Shown one piece after another: positions 25,501 through 38,690 of a DNA stretch of 64,000 nucleotides. Within the stretch, counting starts at the first letter, position 1. Each line of letters opens with the position of its first letter. The position numbers and the translations under genes were made by a program. This stretch comes from Cenococcum geophilum (taxonomy: Eukaryota): positions 9,176,001 to 9,240,000 of the forward strand of contig CP158636.1 of assembly GCA_050273025.1 (NCBI GenBank). Reading direction: 5' to 3'. The notes under the pieces are model-generated. The model saw only the letters and a program-made list of their open reading frames with translations, did no database searches and was not told the origin of the DNA.

Positions 25501-28500
25501 AGCAGCCTAGATTTGGACCTCTATATAGGATGTCCTAAAATAAACTCTAAGTACTATAAAAGTATTTAGATAAGAACCTAAGTAAAGGATTTATTAGAGT
25601 AAGCTTATCGCCTATAGCCGTACTAGTAATCTTTATTAAGAAACCTAGCGGCGGCTTACGCTTCTATATAGACTATTAAGCTCTTAACACTATTACTATT
25701 AAAAACTAATATCCGATCCTATTAATATAAGAGACACTAAACTAACTAAGTAAGGCTCGTTACTACACAAAGCTTAATATTATCTCTGCATTTAACTGTC
25801 TTCGTATTACAAAAGGAGACAAATAGCTTATTATATTTTGTACCTAATATAGACTATTTAAGTACTTAGTAACACCCTTTAGCCTTATAAACGCTCTAAG
25901 CTCGTTTTAATATTATATAAATAATACCTTATATCCCTACCTAGACATCTTCTATACTGCTTATATTGACAATATCCTAATATATAGTAATAACCTAACC
26001 TAATATTGGAAATACGTCAACTTTATCCTATAAGCCCTATATAGAGCTAGTCTATAATTAGATATAGATAAATATTAGTTTTATAAAATGGATGTCCTAT
26101 ACCTTAGACTCCTTATTTCTATAAATAGTATATAAATAGACTTAAAGAAAGTTAAAGTAATTATAAACTAGTAAGAACCTAAGAACGTTAAGGATGTAAG
26201 AGCCTTTATAGGATTTGCCAATTTTTATTAACAGTTTATTAACAACTTTTCTGCCCTAGTTTTACCCCTTATTACTCTAACCTAAAAGGATAAAGCTTTT
26301 ATCTTTAATAAGGAATATAAAAAGGCCTTTATTTATCTAAAGGTTATATTTACTACTATACCTATACTCTAATACTTTAACCTAGAACGAATAAGTATTA
26401 TAGAAGCCGACTTATCTAATTACATTACTAGAGGCATTCTGTCTTAATATAACAAAGGAGTATTATACCCTATAGTATACTTTTTAAAGCAATTAAGCCC
26501 TACTAAATGTAATTATAAGATCTATAATAAAGAATTACTAGCTATTATTAGATACTTTAAGTAATAGCAACCTAAACTAGAGGGCGCCGGATTTCTAATT
26601 AAGGTCCTTAGTAACTATAAGAACCTATAGTACTTTATAACCACAAAATAGCTAAGTTATTATTAGGCCCGCTAGTTAGAATATCTATTATACTTCTAAT
26701 TCTTAATTATATACTACCTAGGCGTCTAAGGTTAGAAGCCTAATACCCTAACCTAACGCTTATAAGACGCGCCAGCCCTAAAAGAAGCGCGCTCTTACTA
26801 AAATCAGACCCTACTTCGCCCTAAACTATTTAACCGTCCTACTAAAGATCTTATGGTCTACGTCCTTAAAATAACTAATTAATTAATTAAATAGATTATA
26901 GCTAACGAATACCTAAATAACGAATTTATTTAAGAGACGCTTAAGCTAATATAAGATAGCATTAGATGCTCTAAAAAGATTTCTTTAAGTAAATATAAAG
27001 CCCGTAGAAACCGCTTATATTACTAAAACCGTTTAGTTATCCCTAATTACAATAAGCTTAAGCTTAAGCTCCTTAAACACGTATATAATTTACCTATCGC
27101 CGGCTACCTAGGCTAAGAAAAGACCCTAAAACTACTCTAACGGGAGTATTACTGGCCGAATATATATAATATAATATAAAGGTACGTCTCTAGCTACTAT
27201 ACCTACTAATAAGCTAAAGCCTTATATAAGACGTATAACGGCCTTTTAAAGCTACTACCTATTCCAGACTAAAGATAGAAGGATATCTTAATTAACTTTA
27301 TTATTAACCTCCCTAAAAGTAGAGGCTATACGAACATTATAGTAATTATAGACCAACTATCTAAGATAAGATACTTAATCGCCTGCCCTAATATATTAAC
27401 GCTTACTATCGCCTAACTATTCCTAAATTATATATAGAAACTCCACAGACTCCCTAAAACAATTATCTCCGATAAAGGTAGCTAGTTTATCTTAGCATTC
27501 TAGAAAGAACTAACTACTTAACTCCGTATTAAAGCACTATTGTCTACTATATATTATTTAGAAACGGATAGTTAAATAGAATGCGTAAATGCTATAATGG
27601 AATAGTATATTCGGATATATATGTCGTATTTATAGAATAACTAGATTAACTAGCTTGTATTTACCAAGTTTACTATAAATAATTCTATCTTAGAAACTAT
27701 AAAAGTCTCCCCGTTCCTGGCTAATTATAGCTAGTACCTATAAATATGTTTTAACCCCTTTAGTAATATTCCTTACCCCGCTTATTACGCTTTATAAGTT
27801 ATAAAAGTAAATTAATTTATAAAGAAGATGGAGGAACTATAATAGTTCCTTACTAATAAGATAATATGGGCTTAATCTGTTTATAAAGCCGCAGTAAATA
27901 AGAAATAAACCCTAGCACTGGCCGACTAAATTAGTAATTTTGTCTAGCTAAATATAAGAAATCTAAACACAAAACAACCTACTAAAAAACTTAATTAGAA
28001 GAACGCTGGCCCTTATAAGGTTAAAAAGGTTATTTTTCCTTATACCTACTAACTAAAGCTCTCTAATACGGTTAAAATCTACCTAGTATTCTATACGTCA
28101 GTCCTCCGCCCTACTACCTCCGTATTAAACGCCCTGCCTAAATAGATATAGGACCCTCCCCTACTAGTTAAGGTAGATGGTAAGGATAAGTACTTTATTA
28201 AAAGAATTAATAATATTAAGTATAATAAGCGGAAACGCCAATATATATATCTTATAAAGTGGAGAGGCTATATTAAGCCCTTATAGGAACCCGTTAACTC
28301 TATAGGACTTATATACGCCGCAGAAGACTTTTATAAACTCTACCTAGAACTACTATAGCCCTATCTTATAGAAGCTTAAGTTTAAAGGGGGTGTACTATT
28401 ACGGGATACCCCCGTAACACCTTATATATATTTACCTATTTCCACCAACTTAGCAATTAGAGACTAACCGTAAAATAGTAATTTAATAGCAATCTAATGG

Positions 28501-28747
28501 CAATCTAATGGTAATCTATGGCATTCTGCTATATTCTGCTAAGTTCTGCTAAGACTATAACCTAAACCCTATTCTGCCCTATATATATATTAACTAAGTA
28601 ACTAAGTTAATAATATATGCCCTTTCTTCCCGTTTTCCTACCTTCTTTTTTTACGTAACTTCTTAACTTCCTTATACAGTTTATGTATATAGCTTAATAA
28701 TATCTACCTTGCTATATATTATTATCGCTTATACTTACTCCATAGCA
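22597..28747 (+). mobile_element. Full-length Ty3/Gypsy chromovirus family D, TSD CTATT
   Basis: LTRs 22597-23183 and 28397-28747, CTATT on both flanks. CCHC knuckle (~24175), protease LIDTGASG (~24545), RT YIDDILIYS (~25962), RNase H, integrase, chromodomain KWRGY (~28255), PPT AAAGGGGG. Confidence 0.95.
22939..23152. mobile_element. MITE (Tc1/mariner-pogo type), ~30-bp TIRs, TA TSD, in the 5' LTR of Gypsy D
   Basis: CGGAGGTGCGTTTTAAAAGTCTTTGCCG / CGGCGAAGACTTTTGAAACGCACCTCCA. The empty site is visible in the 3' LTR (~28715). Confidence 0.9.
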
Positions 28748-30226
28748 CTATTTTTATAACTATTTCTAGCTTTAGTTAATAGATCTTAAGGATTAATTCT
28801 TAGGTTAATAATTCTTTAAGTTCCTTAAATAGTTTTTTCTATTTACTACCCTATACCTATAGTTCCTCTTTTATTATTAATTTTATAAACGGTTTAATAT
28901 TCTTTAACTATTATATAATAAACGTCCTATAGTAATTACAAAACCCTAAAAATAATTTTAATTATATAACGTTCTTTAGTTCTTACTAACTTACTATAGC
29001 TTTAATTTTCCTTAAGCCTATACTAATATAACCTAGTTTAATAATAAATTTAATAAAATTGGTCTTCCTAGTAAAGAACTTATATTCCTTAATTACTACC
29101 AGTATTTATTCCTCTTATAGCCTCTTAAAAACCTACTTATTATATTCTTTATACTCTCCCTTACTTATTAAATAGATAATAATATTATCTAGGTATACTA
29201 TAATAAACTTATTAAGATATTCTCTTAATATACTATTAATTTTCTTTTAGAATATTGCTAGTACGTTTATAAGCCTAAATTATATAACCAATAGCTTATA
29301 TAGTCCTTTCTTTAACCTAAAGACTACGTTTTATTTATTTTCTTTTTTAATTCTAATTTAATAGTATACCTATCTTAGATCTATATATTACCTATCCTCT
29401 TTTAGATTTCGCTAATTAAAAGTAAAGAATATCTATCCTTTTAAGTAATACTGTTTAACTATTTATAGTTAATATATAGCCTAAGCTTTCCGGTTTTCTT
29501 TAGTATAAATAATACTAGATATCCTACTAATAACTACAATAGTTAAATATATCCCTATTATAGATTTTCTTAGATAAACTCTTTAAGTGCTTTTAACTCT
29601 TTTTTAATTAGCTTATAAATTAGAAAGAACATTAAACTTATTTCTAATTCTAATTTTATCTTATAGTCCTATACTATATACTTTAACAGCTTTTTACTTT
29701 CTAGGCTCTATAGTTTTTTACCATACTTATAGTATTTCTTTAGTATATTACTTAACCTAAAACCTATAGAACATATATTATATTAGCTTTTTTTGGAGCT
29801 CTTACTATACCTGGCCTAAAAAGACCAAAGCCAACCAAAAGAATCCTAAAAAAAATACCTAGAGAATCTCCCTAAGATGCATGCATCGCAGGGGAGGCAT
29901 ACGTTAAACAATAGTGGTTTATACTCGCGTGCGTCCGCTAGAACCACGCCTAGTAATAGCCCTCTATAATAAGAACGGGTAAATACCACACTATAAAGCG
30001 GGAGGACCTGTATTAAAAAGGCATTTAATAAAATATAAAGCCTATTAAACGCGTCTAGTATCCGTAACTATGGGGGAGTAACCGTTAGCTATAACAAACT
30101 AATACAGCTAGTAGAATGGCTCCGCCAGTCTAGTAAACCTTAGGCGCCCCTTTAGCAAACCCTTAATTAAATCCTCTAACGGCTAAGTAAAATTACAAAT
30201 AAATAAAACCCTTTTTTACTGGCGAA

Positions 30227-33200
30227 CAGTGTGTCCAACGGTCAGTCTTTAGCGAGCTTTGAGGCCCTATAGCTGACTGACAGCGGCCAATTAGATCGCT
30301 TGCTGTCCGCTGCATTAAAATAAGGTATGCTGACTGTTCGCTGTCAGCTTGCTTTCCTAATTAGGCAATTGGTATAGATTTAATGGTGTTTTATTTCAGA
30401 TTTTTGGCAGCACCTCTGTATATATACGTATTGACATTACCCGGTTGAAAATCCACCTTAATTTACCTAATATAGTGTTTAAATGTAGCTAAAATTGTCC
30501 TATGCGCCCGTAAAGGCCCGAAAAAGGTAAGAAAGTAGTAGGTAGTAAGGGCTCCGGAGGCTCTATTTTGGTGTTAGATTTTAATTAATATAAAGCTTTA
30601 GTAAATGTAGCTTACTAAGCCGGCTTTCCTACCTCTGCATTTGGCTTATAGCCAGTAAGATTAATATTTAAGCTCGTTAACTAGGGTGTAGTTAACGCTC
30701 CGTTAGTGTTAATATAGTTGATTAAACTACTTAATAAAAGGCCTTTAATCAGCTACTATTTCTAGCACTAATTTGCTTTAATAGTGTTAGCTAACAGTTA
30801 ATTGCGCTTATTAGTAATAATCTTTTTAGCTTAACTAAAGATTTGTTTATATATAGGGCTTATAGCTAGTATAGAGAATATATTAAGAGCGATCTTGGTA
30901 AGCATTAAATAGAGGACTTAACTAATATTAAGCCACTAGGTAAAAGGATTAGAAACGGTATTATTTGCTTTATTACTATTATTAGTACGGATCTTAATAA
31001 ACTTAAGGCCTGTGTTATAGTAGCGGTTAAGCTTACTGGCAAGCTTAGTTCGCTTTTGGTTGCATATAGAAGTAAGGCTTTTGTTAATAGCTAACAACTG
31101 CGTATATTTATTAGCTAAATTATTATGAGATTTATAAGGAACCTTCCTACATCGCGGCTTAACTAGTTGCTTATCCTCCTTATCTTCCTAATTATTAATA
31201 AAGTTAGCAAATATAGTTTCTATACACCGCTCGGCGTACTTCCACTATTAAGGCCACCGTTTCCATTTATCGCGAAAGTAGGCTTATTTAAGCAATGGAT
31301 AGAGGATAACTGCGGCGAAGTAGTAAGGTCTTTTGTCTTTTATTTTATCGAAATCTTTATTAATCTTTTGGAGAGCTATGTTAACGCCTAATTTAAGAAA
31401 GGAGTTGCTTTTATTCTTCAGGCTCTGCTAAGTTTACTAGAGGATTTAATAAATAAGTTCTATATTAGTAATTAACTCCTATAGAGCGCTATATAAGCCT
31501 TTAATACTAGGACTATTAGCGTTGCCTTCTATATGCTTAGTGGCTGATATAAAAGGCTTTAGGATCTTAATAAGCCGCTCTACCTACTGCTAATTATTAT
31601 TAGTAAGCGCGTCCTATAATAAATCGTAGCTATTATTAGCTAGCTTCCTCTAAGTAAGTAGATATTTGTTAATTGCCTTATAAAGAAGCAATGCACGGCG
31701 GAGTATAAAGTAGGTCAAATACTACTAAACGCCTCCGTCCTTAATAAGCAGAAACTCTGTATAATTAAACAGTTCGTCCTCTATATAGGCTTTAAGCTAA
31801 TTCTTAGCAAAATTTTCGCGGCGTCCTATTAATCGTATAATATATTTAACGATATTATAAACTTTACTAACGAAGCCTTTCTGCCACATAAGGTCGAATT
31901 TAACTTAATCGCTCACACCAATTAGTAGGCGCTTAAGCTTGCTTACGCCTTTGCCGTATATTAGGGCCTTAACAATAAGGTTAATAATATGGCTAACGTA
32001 CTAAAGCCATTCCTTTTTAGGTACCGAGAGGTTTTATAAGAGGTAATTATAGAGGTCATTATTATTACTAGTATTATCGGTTATTAAGTAGCCAAGCTTA
32101 TAATTAAATTGATACTCCTAAATTACTATTACTAAAGCCGCTACTATATTCTTAGCATTATATAATCCTTATAGTTGTAAAAGGCCTAAAAGCGCTAATT
32201 AAAGCCTACTATCTTTATTAATGAAATAAGCTACTATACTAAGTAGTAACATTCTATTTGTAGACGTCCAGATATTACAGCTAAGGTAGATTTTACTAAG
32301 TGCGGTAAGGAGGAGGTCTTTAATATTAACGCGTTGCTATTTAAAGGCGGCTTTAATCTAATTACTTAATAATATAGGCGCTTTTATAAGATACTTTTAG
32401 ATCTAAGGACAATTAAATATAAGTAGAGCGCGTATATAAGGATTTATAGCTTAACAGAAAGTGATATTCTGTAGAATCGTCTAATTAATATAGGCTTAAA
32501 TATAGCCAGCCGCCTAGAACGGCTGGCGTTTATAGATACTATTTAGAGTAGATAAGGCTTAAGCGGCTAATTAAAACGGGCTTAACGCGGCTGGTAGTTA
32601 TATACTACTACTATAGCTTTTAGGGTTAGTAATAAGGCTATACTTTAATTTTAAATGGCTACTAATATAATTAGTGCCGTTAGTTATAAGTAGAGCACCT
32701 GGTTTTTAAGCTAGGTGGCAGATTTTATATAGCTAGAGCCTCTTTTTACCTAAAGGACCGTCCTAAAATAGGTCGGCTCCGTGTTTCCAAATTGCTAATA
32801 TAGAGATATTGCTTAATAGTAACCGCTTATTAATAACTTAGTATCTATATTTGCTAGCAAGCTTGCCGTATTTTATTAGGTAGAGGCTATTTTAGTTAAT
32901 AGGGAAGATATAGCCGTAGTTCTAATTAACTAGGGGAAACTATTGCGATATAGAATTATCCTAATTAACTGATTTGGTATCGTTGTTAATTAGGAGAGGT
33001 AAGGAAGTAGTTAATCTATAAAGCCTACGCGGTGTTAAGGGGCTTAATTAATATATAGATTGCGGAGTTAATAAGAAAGAGGTAGAGGAAGAAGCTCTAT
33101 ACCCTAGTTGGCGCGAAAAATATAAGGTGCGTTACATCTAGATAGGGCAATAAAAAAAGTTAATATTTAGTAGGCGGAATGAGTTTACATATATAATGGA

Positions 33201-33490
33201 GAAATTAGAGAAACTGTCTTATTTACTATAGGTAAGTAAGAGTTTCCTAGGGGTTTTCTATTGCTTAGTTAACCGAATATTAGCCGAATATCCTTAACCT
33301 TAACTAAAGCTTTAAAATACTATAAAATCTTCCTAACCTTACTACTGAGGCAGTGAGCTATTAGCGCGCTATAGAATCTATACTAACTAACTGTCGACTA
33401 ACTGTGACTACCCTATACGCTGACTGACTGCTTATATTATCAGCTTCTTGGCAGCTACGCTGCCAGCGTCGCTAACTGTTAGATATACTG
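30227..33490 (-). mobile_element. hAT DNA transposon, 8-bp TSD CTGGCGAA
   Basis: TIRs CAGTGTGTCCAACGGTCAG / CTAACTGTTAGATATACTG; CTGGCGAA at 30219-30226 and 33491-33498. Confidence 0.95.
30480..33137 (-). pseudogene. hAT transposase, RIP-inactivated (ends approximate)
   Basis: De-RIP motifs: BED-like WLCKIC (~32725), CDIWTS (~32270), TDNASNN (~32070), CVGHIINL (~31990), RWYST (~31720), C-terminal dimerisation SIPAMS..EQIFS (~30850). Confidence 0.85.
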
Positions 33491-35265
33491 CTGGCGAACC
33501 GCACCTAGGCCGCTATAGCTATGCTTCTACAGTATAGGGATCCCATCCCCCTTAAGACAATAACTGGGTATATAATTATAATATAACTAAATATAGAAAA
33601 AGCAGAGGAGCTTAAGGGATAATTAGAAATAGAAGTCCTTACAAAGATTTGCAAAAAGGTGTACGACGCTATTATAGCCTAATACCTTAGAAGCGGAAAT
33701 ATTAGAGTTACCCTAAAGGACTGATAGGTAAAGAAACGAGCCGTAAAAGTAGGGGATAGGCTAGGAGAGCGTATTAACATAAAAGTGCTCTATAAAGATT
33801 ACCTAGTTAAAGTCCTAGTGGTCCCCCTAAGCCTTAGGGTAGAAAAGGGACGCTAGGCGGATAACACAGTAACTATATAAAAGATAGTAAAATTAATGAA
33901 ACGCCTTATACTAGATCTTAAGATTACCCAAATCTAATAGCTTTAATAGGAAAATGCAAACTAAGTATATAATAAGAATAATAAGAGGTTATAAGGGTTG
34001 TTAGAGACTTGCTAGGGAGACACTAGTTAAATGCATAGCTCCCTTATTATTTGCATATATATATATTAGAAATGTAAAAACTTCTTATTTAAAAAGGAAT
34101 TATTATAAATGGCCTTATATATAATATAAGGCTTTATAACTATAGACTCCGCCTAAAATAAAATTATCGCTGCGTATAATAGGGATATACCTAATCCACA
34201 TACGCAGTATAGGTATGCTGCGGCCACTATATAGGCCCCCACGATATAAGATACTGCTTAAATTAAGACTAAATAAAATGCGTAAACTGCCACTAAAGCA
34301 CATAGAAGGTGTAGGAGAGAGAAGACTGTATTAAATATAGGAGATAAAAGGTAAGGGCTTAATAGCTACGGGAATAACTATACGCTAGGTTATATAAATG
34401 GAAACAATAGGCAATAAGCTAGGGGGACGTAGATGCCTTCCTAGCGTTTCCTACCTTTAATACTAAGGGGCTAGGCTAGCTATCCCAAGCCTTAATGGGC
34501 TAGAAGTGACGCCGCGTAATATTACTAGACTAAATAGGGATATAAGAGGACGCCCTATAGGAAGACCCTTATAGACAGCGATAGTAAGTTTAAAACTAGG
34601 ATAATTAAGAATTAGACTTAACGCGGTAAATATAATATTTATAGCTAACTTATAAAGGGTGTATAGCCAACTAGTAAGAATAGGGGAAGAACTAGAGATA
34701 ATAATAGATTTAGATATAAAGGACTAGTAGGAATATAAGATATGGAAATAAAAAGCTCTATATAAAATAAGTAATAACTAGGGTATAGATATAAGAGATA
34801 GAAGTCCTAAATATCCTAAAGAAAGTAGAAATAAAAAAAGCGAAGAATAAAGGAGAGATAGAGAACCCTTACTGGGAGTCCGCCACCTATCCATTATATA
34901 GTATAACTGTGGCAATGCAAACCACCGCCTTATAAGGCCTCTACTAGATAGTCTAAACCTAGATAAATATTATATCTTTACTATATAAGAGCCATACTAC
35001 AATACTTATATATAATTAATATACTGCCCCTAAGGATTCCAGCTCCTATATAAACTAAAAGTAGCTATATACGTGTACTTTATAATTAGTAAGGCTATCA
35101 GGTTATCTTTATAATTATAATAGGTAGTTAGCCTAGATATTATAGTTATAATAATTTAGATATATAGGGGACCGGTATCAATTATTAATATATATAACCC
35201 TAGGGTTAAAGGGGTCCTATAAACAGAGAATATTATATTAGTAATAAGCTTACTAGAAACTAAAG

Positions 35266-35449
35266 CGTAACCAACTACTAGACCCTGTTTCACTAGCGTC
35301 AGCACTACCCTTATATGTCTCGGATATGGTCAAAATAAGTCATAGACTTCGGAGTTCAGGGGTCTACCTTTATATATTTATATCACTTAATTTCTATAAA
35401 TTTACAATTAAGTCGCTTATTTAATTCCTATACACTATAAAAGCTTACA
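35266..35449. repeat. Solo LTR with 5-bp TSD TAAAG, inside the LINE endonuclease
   Basis: Homologous to 14823-15016; TAAAG on both sides. Confidence 0.85.
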
Positions 35450-38400
35450 TAAAGGCATAGAGTTTATCCTATTAGGAGATATAAACCTCTACTACCTGTA
35501 GTGGGAGGGTATCTATATTACTACTAAATAATAAGTAGAGTGCCTACTAAAAGTTATAGATATCTGGGGCCTTAAGCTAGCCACCAGCTTAGGAGTAATT
35601 ATATGGTAATAAGGCACTACTAGAAGTATAATCAACCTTATATTTATAGACAAAGGCCTATACTAGAGACTTAAAAGGTATAACCCTAAAGAAGAATAGG
35701 CACTCGTTTTAAACTATATCCATATCTAAATATAGCTAGATTTAGATATTAAGGCGTAACTAAATGGTAAAAGATACGCAATAAGGAAGCTTAAAATAAA
35801 TAGTTTCCTTAGTATAGTTAAACAATAACTTTAAACCCTAGAAGAAATCTACTCGATACTAAATAAGCAAGGCTTATTAGCCACCCCTAAGGAAATTAAC
35901 TAAAGACTAGAAAGGATCTAGGCAGCAATTAAAAATAGGCTAAAAAAGTACTACCTGGTCTTAAAACCGGGCCCTATACGCGATATATATAGTCCGCATA
36001 ATACGCAGTTTTTATTACTAGCTAATAATAAGTAAGAAGGAAATATATAAGTAGTTACAACCTTAAAGATAAGAGATAATATAAAGACATAAGAAACCAG
36101 TTAAAGAATACCCTAAGAAAAGAAGTAAGGAATAACTAGAGACGGTTTATAAATAAGTATACTTTTAACCCGAGCCTCCCCTATAATAAAGGCCTTTAGG
36201 CTATAGCAAAATAGGTAAAGAAAAAGGTAGGATGCTTAGTAAAAGACCTATACCTACCGCCCCTTTAAAGAGTAGAGGAATTATAGGCTACTAATAATAA
36301 CGAGGAAAAGGTAAAGATACTTATAGAAAGGTTCTTCCCTTAACCGGCTCTAGTAGACCTTAGCAATATTATAGGTAAAACACCGGTAACTTACCTATGG
36401 GTTAACAGCGATATAATAATAGAAGAAATGGCTAGAAATATTAGCCGTCTTTTAAATAATATAATACTAGGACTAGATGGAATTTTAAATAAGGCCTTAA
36501 AAACCTATAGACTACTTATAGCATCTTAGTTTGTAAATATAGCTAAAGTATACTTTATAATAGGCTACTACCCATAACTTAGAAAATCTATAATGATAAT
36601 TATCTTATAAAAAGAAGGTAAAGTAGACTACTTAATCCTAAGAAGCTACCGCCCTATTACTTTAGAAAACATCCTTAGCAAAATCTTAGAAAAGGTAATA
36701 GCGGACTATATAGTAGATACGGCTAAGGAATACGCCCTACTACTATAAAGCAAGATAGGGGCAAGAAAGAACCGCTTAACGCTATTAGCACTTACGCTGC
36801 TTGCTACTACTATTAAATCTATATAGGCTATATAAAAGAACTTTAGAGTATTAATACTTAGCCTAGATATTAACAGCGCCTATAATAATATACCCTATTA
36901 GCACCTCTTATACATCCTTAGGGTAAAGGGCTTCCTAGAATAGATTATATAATTTATTTAAGGGTTTATAAGCTAAAAAGAAATATTACTAGTCTTTAGC
37001 GGATACTAGAGCCCCCCTATTACAGTTATAACAGAAATACTATAAGGATTACCCCTCTCGCCTATACTCTTTCTTTTCTTTATAAGCAACCTATTTAACT
37101 TCTTTAAAAAGGGGGCAACCTAGGGAATAGGCTTTATTAATAATACAAACCTAATTATATATAGGCTAATAGCCGTAGAAAACTGCAGAATACTAGAGAA
37201 AGCCTATAATACTTATATAGAATAGGTAAGATAATATAGAGTTTAATTCTTATAAAAGAAATACCAGCTAATTTATTTTATAAGAAAATATAACCAATCT
37301 ATAGATCTTTAGCATTTAATCTATATTTAAGGCTTTAGGGGTTAACTAGTTTAAGGCCTAATGGTATTATGAGTATGGGTAGATAGTAAGCTTTAGTAGA
37401 GCGTATATGTGATATAAGCGGCCCGTAAAGGCTAAGCATAGTATATCGCAATATTTAGGATTGTTAATTCTATATAGGGTCTATGCTTCTAGAGGTTACG
37501 CCTACTATATATAGTAGTTGTTTAGCTAACTATAACGTATCGATCTAGTATTTGGGCCATTAGAGAAACTAAAAAAGGCCCCCCTAAATTACTCCTTAAA
37601 CTACTCTAAAAGGTCTAAATAGCCTACCTTTAAAGTATAATAGGTGGGTATAAGCAAACGGCTATAGTACTGCTTAAGAAGGAAGCTAATATTCCCCCCT
37701 TATAACTATATATTAAAGCCGCTATAATATAAAGGGCGTAAAAGGAACATAACTCTAATATTATAAAGTATATTAAGATACGCCTAAATAAACTATAGAG
37801 TGACCTTAGGGTGCCCTATAGGAGAATAAACTAATAACCCTAAAGTAGGAAAGATATATTAGAGAAACAGATAGAGAAAGTAGAAGAAAAATAGTACTAT
37901 ATTAGGGCCTAGGCCTATATAAAGAAGAAAGGGAGACGCGTAAAAGGTTAGTAAAGATAATAGTAAGAGAGAGAAAGGAGCTAAAGTAAAGTATAAAAGA
38001 ATACTAGGAAACCAACTACTGTAATATAGTACTGGTTAGACTAACGCTAGAGAGGCGTGCTAATTTAGGCAAGAGGAACCTAAGCCGTAGTATAGTTAAT
38101 ATTATAGGGGGTAAATACCTAAGGGCTTTAAGAAGGCTTATTAAAGGTAGAAAATATAATAGTAATACTTTTAAAAATAGGAATAATAGAACTAAAAGAT
38201 TGGCTTTATGTTAGGACGCCAAGGTCCTTAAGGCATATAGTAACGTAACAACAGTAGCGGAATGCAATAGGTATCTAGTTCTTAATGAAGTAGAACTATA
38301 AAACTGAATTCTGCTGTTCTCTAGTGCGGGGCAACTACGTTTTATAGGCGCCTCGCCTGCGCCTCGCCTGCGCTAAGCTGGTTACGGCCAGTGCGTCTCT

Positions 38401-38690
38401 ATAGCCTAACAATTGCCCCCCCCTTCTTAAGCGGCTGTCCTTAGCCGACGCTATTATACAATAGGAGTGCTATTATTGTCCTTCTCTAAATAAAAAGTTT
38501 TTAACAAATTTAAGTAAATTAGATAATATAACGATAGGATAATATAATAATAGGATAATGTAATAATAGGACCTTATAGAGATCTATAAAGGTAGGAGTT
38601 CCTACCTAGGTAGGACATTAGATTTCCCTTCCAATTCCATTTCAATTCATTTAGCCTACAACTCGCCTTCTTTACGACTTCTAATTAACT

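Larger units (their letters stand above)
29810..38208 (+). mobile_element. LINE (Tad1-like) non-LTR retrotransposon, 3' truncated, interrupted by a hAT and a solo LTR
   Basis: ORF1 from ~29877 with knuckle remnants at ~34200-34400. ORF2: APE endonuclease (YNCGNAN, QEP, GDMNLHH; ~34900-35750) and RT (YRPITLEN ~36647, PQGSPLSPILF ~37040, FIDD ~37133). Confidence 0.88.

Noticed and set aside
31167..31391. Small ORFs 31167-31391, 34115-34303, 46502-46687, 56541-56831 and 25136-25378 as genes
   Set aside because: They are chance antisense frames over transposase, LINE or pol sequence.
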